Shown here piece by piece: positions 21,348 to 27,924 of a DNA stretch of 64,000 nucleotides; the first letter of the stretch is position 1, and each line of letters starts with the position of its first letter. A model generated the notes under the pieces. The model was given only the letters and a program-made list of their open reading frames with translations. It was not told the DNA's origin and ran no database searches. Both the position numbers and the translations under genes were made by a program. The DNA comes from Clostridia bacterium. GTDB lineage: Bacteria; Bacillota; Clostridia; Oscillospirales; CAG-272. The stretch lies in NCBI GenBank assembly GCA_017472305.1, contig JAFUQP010000007.1, forward strand, positions 5,272 through 69,271, written 5' to 3'.

Positions 21348-22442
21348 TTAAACGTTGAAGAGGAACTCAACGACGTCGCCGTCCTTCATAACGTACTCCT
21401 TGCCCTCGCTGCGGAGAAGTCCCTTCTCCTTTACCTTGTTACGGTCGCCCTCGCGAACAAGGTCGTCAAACGCAACAACCTCGGCACGAATGAATCCGCG
21501 CTCAAAGTCGGTATGTATTTTACCTGCGGCGCCCGGAGCCTTCGTGCCCTTCTTTATCGTCCAGGCACGAACCTCTTTGGGTCCCGCGGTGAGGAAGCTG
21601 ATAAGTCCGAGAAGCGCGTATCCCGACTTTATAAGCTTATCAAGTCCGCTCTCCTCAATTCCAAGGTCAGAAAGGAAGGTCATTTTGTCCTCTCCCTCAA
21701 GCTCGGCAAGCTCCGCCTCAATCTGCGCGCTGACGGCGATAATCTGGCTGCCCTCGGAGTCGGCAAGCGCCTTCAGTCTTACGTATCCCTCGTTGTTCTC
21801 ATAATCTCCGCCGACCTCGTCCTCGGAGATGTTCGCAACGTAGATTATGGGCTTAAGAGTGAGAAGCCTCGACTCCTCGATTAGCGCCGTTTCCTCGGCA
21901 TCGAGTTCGACAGCTCTTGCGCACTTACCCTCTTCAAGAGCTGCCTTGACCTTCTCAAGCACGGCAAGCTTTGTAAGAAGCGTCTTGTCACCTCTTGCCG
22001 CCTTCACGGTTCTGTCAACCGCGCGCTCGACAATCTCAAGGTCGGAGAGTATAAGCTCAATATTTATGGTTTCAACATCGCGGATAGGGTCAACAGAGCC
22101 CTCGACGTGAATAATATCGCTGTTCTCGAAGCATCTTACAACGTGAACAATCGCGTCAACCTCTCTTATATTTGCAAGGAACTTATTTCCAAGTCCCTCA
22201 CCCTGCGACGCACCCTTAACAAGTCCCGCTATATCAACGAACTCAATTATAGCGGGTGTGTACTTCTCGGGATTATACATCTCTTGAAGCTTGTCAAGAC
22301 GCTTGTCAGGCACCGCAACCACGCCGACGTTCGGGTCGATGGTGCAGAAGGGATAGTTAGCGGACTCGGCTCCTGCATTCGTAAGAGCGTTAAAGAGCGT
22401 ACTCTTACCGACGTTCGGAAGTCCGACGATACCAAGTTTCAT
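21348..22442 (-). CDS. ychF: Ribosome-binding ATPase YchF
   Basis: [24 protein letters not shown] 22442-22440 has a GGAGA SD upstream, and the 13-codon extension in the ORF track lacks an SD. Confidence 0.95.
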   Translation of the reverse strand: MKLGIVGLPNVGKSTLFNALTNAGAESANYPFCTIDPNVGVVAVPDKRLDKLQEMYNPEKYTPAIIEFVDIAGLVKGASQGEGLGNKFLANIREVDAIVHVVRCFENSDIIHVEGSVDPIRDVETINIELILSDLEIVERAVDRTVKAARGDKTLLTKLAVLEKVKAALEEGKCARAVELDAEETALIEESRLLTLKPIIYVANISEDEVGGDYENNEGYVRLKALADSEGSQIIAVSAQIEAELAELEGEDKMTFLSDLGIEESGLDKLIKSGYALLGLISFLTAGPKEVRAWTIKKGTKAPGAAGKIHTDFERGFIRAEVVAFDDLVREGDRNKVKEKGLLRSEGKEYVMKDGDVVEFLFNV

Positions 22443-22662
22443 ATTATTCTCCATTCTGTCGCCTGTAGGGCGACTGCACAAATTTTAGATGAATTTTGAG
22501 TTTCGCCGCATCGGCGGCATTTTGGAATAAGGCTAAAAATGCGAAAATTCAGCGCACAAAACAGACAAAACGGCAAATCAGACGTTATAACACCCTCACG
22601 CCATCTTCTTTACGGACGGAAATTCCCCGTCCCACCTTTATTACTGCAAAACTCGCATAAGA

Positions 22663-22691
22663 ATTATAACACATTGAAAAGCTTTTTTCAA
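22663..22691 (-). promoter_or_regulatory. ychF promoter, implying a ~210-nt leader
   Basis: On the minus strand TTGAAA (22691-22686), a 17-nt spacer, then TATAAT (22668-22663). Confidence 0.5.
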
Positions 22692-22853
22692 TAGATTAAT
22701 TTCCAATTATTATAATTATTTATTTTCTTTGCCGGCGTTTTCTAAAAAAATGCATCTGTGAACAGAATATTCTCTATTTGTTGCCGAATTTTTTACTTAT
22801 TTGGAATGTTTTGTAAAACTTTACCACTTTATGAATAAGTTGTCTAAAACGTC

Positions 22854-22882
22854 TTGACAGACGGCTTTTGTTAGTGTATAAT
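22854..22882 (+). promoter_or_regulatory. Response-regulator promoter
   Basis: Consensus TTGACA (22854-22859), a 17-nt spacer, then TATAAT (22877-22882). Confidence 0.6.
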
Positions 22883-22950
22883 GAAATTGTTAAGATTTTA
22901 ATGTTTTTGTCAATGTTAACAATTCGACAGAAGAGAAAGGAAGTTAAACA

Positions 22951-23640
22951 ATGGATACTAAGCTACTTATAGTAGACGACGACGCCAATATTTGCGATAT
23001 GCTCAAGCTCTATTTTGAGAACGAGGGCTATATGGTAAAGACCGCGAGCGACGGTGTTGAGGGCGTGAATTACTTCAAGATTTACGAGCCCGACCTCGTG
23101 CTGCTCGACATAATGATGCCTAAGAAGGACGGCTGGCAGGTTTGCCGTGAAATCCGTGAGATTTCACCGAAGCCCGTTATTATGATTACCGCCAAGGGCG
23201 AGGTCTTTGACAAGGTGCTCGGACTTGAGCTCGGTGCAGACGACTTTATCGTCAAGCCCTTCGATATGAAGGAGCTTTCCGCAAGAATTAAGGCTGTTCT
23301 TCGCCGCTACAACGCGCACTCAAAGACGAGTGACGACGAGGTTGTTAAGTTTGAGAACATCGAAATCAGCCTTCAGAAGTATGAGCTTAAGCTCTCCGGC
23401 AAGGCTATTGATATTCCCCCGAAGGAGCTAGAGCTTCTCTATTTCCTTGCCTCGAACTGCAACAGAGTTTTCACAAGAGACCAGCTCCTTGACAAGGTAT
23501 GGGGATTTGATTACCTCGGCGACTCGAGAACGGTTGACGTTCACGTAAAAAGACTGCGTGAAAAGCTCGAGGGCGTTTCCGACAAATGGACACTCAAGAC
23601 CGTTTGGGGCGTTGGCTACAAATTTGAAACCTTAATTTAA
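22951..23640 (+). CDS. OmpR/PhoB-family response regulator with no adjacent histidine kinase
   Basis: Receiver domain (LIVDDD, LLDIMMP, KPF) plus a winged-helix output domain (TVWGVGYKF). Confidence 0.93.
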   Translation: MDTKLLIVDDDANICDMLKLYFENEGYMVKTASDGVEGVNYFKIYEPDLVLLDIMMPKKDGWQVCREIREISPKPVIMITAKGEVFDKVLGLELGADDFIVKPFDMKELSARIKAVLRRYNAHSKTSDDEVVKFENIEISLQKYELKLSGKAIDIPPKELELLYFLASNCNRVFTRDQLLDKVWGFDYLGDSRTVDVHVKRLREKLEGVSDKWTLKTVWGVGYKFETLI

Positions 23641-23884
23641 TCCGCACCGCAATTACTAAATAGTTAAAACGAGATGGAAACACTCCATCTCGTTTTTTAT
23701 AATCCTTGTCGGTGAGAGCTGCGTTAAGCTGCTTTGTCGCCTCTCTCTTATTCGTCGCGTTCAGCTCGCCGTATTCGTACTCGTCGAACATCATTACCTC
23801 TGACATTACGGTGGAGATAATCTTTTCCGCGTCGCGCTTATCGTATACGCGGAGCTTCTCAACCTCGGCAACACGGCTGTACAC
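23594..23884 (-). CDS. Hypothetical protein; the listed ORF is the 3' part of a 223-codon open frame reaching 24262
   Basis: Lys/Glu/Asp-rich, protein-like composition. The frame is open from 24262, but the first ATG/GTG/TTG is GTG 23884. The 3' end reads through the terminator hairpin and overlaps the response-regulator gene by 47 nt. Confidence 0.4.
   Translation of the reverse strand: MYSRVAEVEKLRVYDKRDAEKIISTVMSEVMMFDEYEYGELNATNKREATKQLNAALTDKDYKKRDGVFPSRFNYLVIAVRIKLRFQICSQRPKRS
23669..23698 (+). terminator. Intrinsic terminator after the response regulator, with A-run/T-run flanks that make it bidirectional
   Basis: A 10-bp stem ACGAGATGGA/TCCATCTCGT is followed by TTTTT. Confidence 0.8.
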
Positions 23885-24268
23885 GGAGCCTTCGGAGATG
23901 GGCTTCGATTTGCGGGAATAATTGAATTCAACCTCTCGCTGATATTTCTTTGCTTCTCGTTCCAGCGCTCTCTTCTTCGCGTGCTTCTGCTCTAATGAAA
24001 GAAATTCGTCCGGTATGTATTTGAAGAAATTTTCGTCGCGGGGGTTGATTTTTTCAATAAGCTGTGGTATACTAAATCTGGAGAAAGGTAACAGACGTGT
24101 CGATGTCTGCTTTTCATTAGCAGTTATGGTATCGTTGACGACACCTCTCTCTATTTTTCTATTAACATTCTCGCCACAACTGTATATAATATTATCAGAA
24201 GCTTTCTTGTCATACCCTGCAGCAATTGGCGCTGCAGCGTCACCGACGGGAATGCTTTCTTTTTATGT

Positions 24269-24306
24269 AAAAAGACCGTGTCGGAGTTCTGCCTCTGACA
24301 CGGTCT
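24269..24306 (-). terminator. Intrinsic terminator after the nfeD-SPFH pair
   Basis: A 10-bp stem AGACCGTGTC/GACACGGTCT is followed by a T-run on the minus strand. Confidence 0.8.
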
Positions 24307-24316
24307 TAATTTTGGG

Positions 24317-25279
24317 TTATTTCTCTTCCTTCACCGATTCAACGACGGCGCTTGCAAGTCCTGCAACGCCTTGAATGTTCGAGGGAATGATTATCTTCGT
24401 TGCCTTGCCGTCGGCTGCGCGCTCGAAGGCTTCAAGGCTCTTTATAGTCAGGACTGCGTCCGAGGGCTTTGAATTGTTTATCATTTCAATACCCTTTGCG
24501 GTTGCTTCCTGAATACGGAGAATTGCTTCGGCTTCGCCCTCTGCTTCCTTGATTTTCGCAACTCTTACAGCCTCTGCGCGGAGAATTGCCGACTCCTTCT
24601 CTGCCTCTGCGGCAAGGATTAGCTGCTGCTTATTACCCTCTGCGATAAGGATAGTCGAGTTCTTCTCACCCTCTGCCTTAAGGATAAGCTCGCGGCGCTC
24701 GCGCTCCGCCTTCATCTGCTTTTCCATTGCGTCCTGGATTTCCTTCGGCGGAATGATGTTCTTAAGCTCAACGCGGTTAACCTTAATTCCCCAAGGGTCG
24801 GTTGCCTCGTCAAGAATAGAGCGCATCTTCGTGTTTATAATATCGCGAGAGGTGAGCGTCTGGTCGAGGTCGAGCTCGCCTATGATGTTACGGAGTGTAG
24901 TCGCTGTGAGGTTTTCTATTGCCATCAAGGGATTGGTAACACCGTAGGAATAGAGCTTACAGTCGGTTATCTGATAGAAAACGACGGTATCAATCTGCAT
25001 TCTTACGTTATCCTTAGTGATAACGGGCTGGGGCGGAAAGTCAACTACCTGCTCCATAAGAGTGATTTTCATTGCGACCCTCTCAATAAAGGGAATCTTG
25101 AAATGAACGCCTGTAGACCAGGTTTTCTCATAGCTACCGAGGCGCTCGATAACCTGTGCTGTTGCCTGGGGAACGATTTTAATGTTTGCGATAAGTATTG
25201 CAACGACGATTGCGACAAGGATTATCACGAAGATAATAGGGCCTGCACTGCCTGCTGCAAGTAGAGTTGAAAAGGTCAT
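24317..25279 (-). CDS. SPFH/Band-7 (stomatin/prohibitin-like) membrane protein
   Basis: N-terminal TM segment, SPFH core and a coiled-coil Ala/Glu-rich tail. It is paired with an NfeD gene. Confidence 0.9.
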   Translation of the reverse strand: MTFSTLLAAGSAGPIIFVIILVAIVVAILIANIKIVPQATAQVIERLGSYEKTWSTGVHFKIPFIERVAMKITLMEQVVDFPPQPVITKDNVRMQIDTVVFYQITDCKLYSYGVTNPLMAIENLTATTLRNIIGELDLDQTLTSRDIINTKMRSILDEATDPWGIKVNRVELKNIIPPKEIQDAMEKQMKAERERRELILKAEGEKNSTILIAEGNKQQLILAAEAEKESAILRAEAVRVAKIKEAEGEAEAILRIQEATAKGIEMINNSKPSDAVLTIKSLEAFERAADGKATKIIIPSNIQGVAGLASAVVESVKEEK

Positions 25280-25300
25280 AGCTATATTCCTTCCTTTAAA

Positions 25301-25729
25301 TTATTTTACACAGATAAGCTTAACACCCTCGATAGCAACTATTGAGAGCACCTCGCCGACCTCAAAGGTATCGTCCTCGCCTGCTCCGCGTGCTGACCAG
25401 ATTTGTCCGTTAACCTTAACCTGACCGCAACCTGCAAAGTTGTCAATGCGCTCGGTTACTACGCAACGCGCGCCGACTATGGCATCTATGTTCGTTTTGG
25501 TATTGCCGGAGGGCTTGAATTTGGTAAGAAACATCTTGGCAAAGACAATTCCCGCCGCAGATACAACGAGGAAAACAAGCACCTGCCAGATTATATCCAC
25601 CTCGCAGAAATCAAGCACCGTGGCAACAATTCCCGCAGGTACAAACCAGATAGAAACAAGCTGGTCGGTGAGAACCTCAATTACGATTGCAAGAATTATT
25701 ATTGCAATCCATATCCAACCGTATACCAT
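25301..25729 (-). CDS. NfeD-family membrane protein
   Basis: Three N-terminal TM helices plus a C-terminal OB-fold-like segment. It lies immediately upstream of the SPFH gene. Confidence 0.85.
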   Translation of the reverse strand: MVYGWIWIAIIILAIVIEVLTDQLVSIWFVPAGIVATVLDFCEVDIIWQVLVFLVVSAAGIVFAKMFLTKFKPSGNTKTNIDAIVGARCVVTERIDNFAGCGQVKVNGQIWSARGAGEDDTFEVGEVLSIVAIEGVKLICVK

Positions 25730-25918
25730 TATATATACTTCTCCTTCATTTTTTATGTTAAATATATATTATCATACTATGTTATAAAAGTCAAGAATGC
25801 GGAATAATATTTAGAAAGAATTCATTTCTTTATTGTTGATTCTGTTGCTATTATCTATTGATTTTTGTTCACTGTTTCTCAAAATTTGGTGAAAAAGCTT
25901 GTTTTTTGAAAAAAATAC

Positions 25919-25947
25919 TTGACATTTTTCTCTTGTTATAGTATTAT
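25919..25947 (+). promoter_or_regulatory. Promoter of the carrier-protein gene
   Basis: TTGACA (25919-25924), a 17-nt spacer, then TATTAT (25942-25947). Confidence 0.5.
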
Positions 25948-25992
25948 AAATTAGTGTTGTAACACAACCGTTAATCAAAAGGAGGAGAGATT

Positions 25993-26223
25993 ATGTTTGA
26001 AAATCTTAAGAAGTTTCTCGTTGAAGAGCTTCGCGTGAACGAAGATGATATCACTATGGAAGCTGAGCTTGTAGGTGACCTTGGCATCAATTCTCTTGAG
26101 CTTGCAGACCTTGTTTATCTCTGCGAAGAGAAATTCAACGTAACCATTGAAGACGAAGAGCTCCACAACTTCAATACGGTTGGCGATATCGTTCGTTATC
26201 TTGAAAACGCAACAAAGGCTTAA
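25993..26223 (+). CDS. Acyl carrier protein-like phosphopantetheine carrier (stand-alone)
   Basis: 76-aa acidic four-helix pattern. The attachment motif reads GINSLELADLV, with Ser34 at 26092-26094 and Asn where Asp is usual. Confidence 0.8.
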   Translation: MFENLKKFLVEELRVNEDDITMEAELVGDLGINSLELADLVYLCEEKFNVTIEDEELHNFNTVGDIVRYLENATKA

Positions 26224-26234
26224 AAAAATATTAA

Positions 26235-26255
26235 GGGACGGCATTACGCTGTCCC
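26235..26255. terminator. Shared hairpin between convergent genes
   Basis: The stem GGGACGGC/GCTGTCCC is flanked by A/T-rich runs on both sides. Confidence 0.5.
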
Positions 26256-26271
26256 TAAATTATTAAAAAAA

Positions 26272-26610
26272 TTATAGCTTGATATAAAAATAGGTTGTTC
26301 CCTCTGCCGGCTCTTCTTTTTCATTTACGTAATCCGAATACTTGTTTAAGAGGAACTGTATTTCGGTTGTTTGCTCTGTGAAGCTCTCGGGAGTAACGAA
26401 GAACTGTATCTGGCGCCTTGAGCGCATATTTTTGAGGACACGCTTCACCCCCGCGACAAGCCTCTCGAACTCGCGCTCGCCCTCGCTTCTTATAAGGTCA
26501 AGCCTTAAAAGCTCCACGCGTTCCGCCCTCTTTGTTGCAACCTCGAACATAATTTCGGTCGCGGCATTAACAACCGTTTTATTTTTCAGCGTTATTCTTT
26601 CGTATATCAT
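26272..26610 (-). CDS. Hypothetical 112-aa protein
   Basis: Protein-like composition and a plausible SD, but I recognise no motif. Confidence 0.5.
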   Translation of the reverse strand: MIYERITLKNKTVVNAATEIMFEVATKRAERVELLRLDLIRSEGEREFERLVAGVKRVLKNMRSRRQIQFFVTPESFTEQTTEIQFLLNKYSDYVNEKEEPAEGTTYFYIKL

Positions 26611-26707
26611 AATTACTTCTCTCTTTTTTAGTTAATTAGATTTTAACATAAATTTACAGAAAAGTAAATAGCATTTAGAAATTTTAAGCATTTTGAAGGG
26701 AGTTTGT

Positions 26708-27880
26708 ATGAGCGACTTTTTAGCTAAACTTTTTATTAAGGATTACCAAAACCGTGGCAGCGGCCGCGTTCGCGAGAAATACGGAACACTTGCGTCTGTT
26801 GTCGGAGTTGTTACTAACTTTATCCTCGCGGGAATTAAGCTTCTTGCAGGGCTTCTGTCGGCATCGGTTGCTATTATTGCAGACGCGCTGAACAATCTAT
26901 CGGATGCCGGCTCGTCGGTTATTACCTACCTATCCTTTAAGGCGGCGGCGAAGCCTGCCGACAAGGACCACCCGTTCGGACACGCGAGAATGGAATACAT
27001 TGCCTCTATGGTGGTGTCCTTCCTTATTCTTCTTGTCGGTTTTGAGCTGCTTATGGACTCGGGAAAAACAGTTCTGGGCTTAAGCGAGGCGCAAAGAACC
27101 GAAATAACTCTCGTTACAATTATTATTCTCTCGGCATCTGTTCTGCTGAAGCTGTGGCTCGCCTTCTTCTACCTCGACGTAGCTAAGAAAATCGACTCCT
27201 CGGTTGTTAAGGCATCGGCTATGGATTCGCTCTCGGACTGCGTATCAACTCTTGCGGTCCTTGTTTCTTCTATAGTTATCTACTTCACCAACTGGATTTT
27301 ACTTGATGCTATCGTCGGACTCGGCGTTTCGCTCCTTATACTGTTCGCAGGCGGAAAGATACTTAACGAAACTAAAAACGCGCTTCTCGGTGAGGCTCCC
27401 GTCGAGGAAACCGTAACGAAAATTTACAAAACCGTCGAGGACTACCCCGATATTCTCGGAGTCCACGACCTGCTCGTTCATAACTACGGACCGCACACCT
27501 TTATTGCATCATTCCATGCAGAGGTTGACGGAAAGAAGGATATTTATCTGCTTCACGATATGATTGACAACGTCGAGCGAGAGATTAAAGAGAGGCACGG
27601 AATACAGTGTACAATACACCTTGACCCGATTGTAACCGACGACGAAATTGTAACCGAGCTTCAAGGCTTCCTTCGCAATATTCTCATAGAAAACGATATT
27701 GATTACAGTGTTCACGATTTCAGAACTGTCGTGGGTACAACTCACACAAATCTGATTTTTGATATCGTCCTGCCCTTCGATGCAAAAATAAAGCCTCAGG
27801 AGCTTACCTCGCTCATACAGGAGAAGGTACACAAGGCTCGTGAGGACGTGTTCTGCGTAATCACGGTTGACAGGGGTTAA
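26708..27880 (+). CDS. Cation diffusion facilitator family transporter
   Basis: Six TM helices with the CDF motifs IIADALNNLSD and DSLSD, plus a C-terminal cytoplasmic domain. ATG 26708 follows an AAGGGAG SD. Confidence 0.9.
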   Translation: MSDFLAKLFIKDYQNRGSGRVREKYGTLASVVGVVTNFILAGIKLLAGLLSASVAIIADALNNLSDAGSSVITYLSFKAAAKPADKDHPFGHARMEYIASMVVSFLILLVGFELLMDSGKTVLGLSEAQRTEITLVTIIILSASVLLKLWLAFFYLDVAKKIDSSVVKASAMDSLSDCVSTLAVLVSSIVIYFTNWILLDAIVGLGVSLLILFAGGKILNETKNALLGEAPVEETVTKIYKTVEDYPDILGVHDLLVHNYGPHTFIASFHAEVDGKKDIYLLHDMIDNVEREIKERHGIQCTIHLDPIVTDDEIVTELQGFLRNILIENDIDYSVHDFRTVVGTTHTNLIFDIVLPFDAKIKPQELTSLIQEKVHKAREDVFCVITVDRG

Positions 27881-27924
27881 TGCCCGAATTTGCGTCAGCT
27901 GCAACAAAAAACAATTGACCGAAG

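Noticed and set aside
24015-24374. 119-aa plus-strand ORF in the gap between the response regulator and the SPFH gene
   Set aside because: The composition is Ser/Leu/Phe-rich. It runs through the nfeD-SPFH terminator and into the SPFH gene in antisense. The opposite strand carries the much more protein-like 223-codon frame.
25951-25968. Apparent palindrome TTAGTGTTGTAACACAAC after the ACP promoter, considered as a FapR- or parS-like operator
   Set aside because: On checking, only 5-bp arms pair (GTTGT/ACAAC or GTGTT/AACAC). It does not match the FapR or parS consensus sequences I know, so it is too weak to report as a site.
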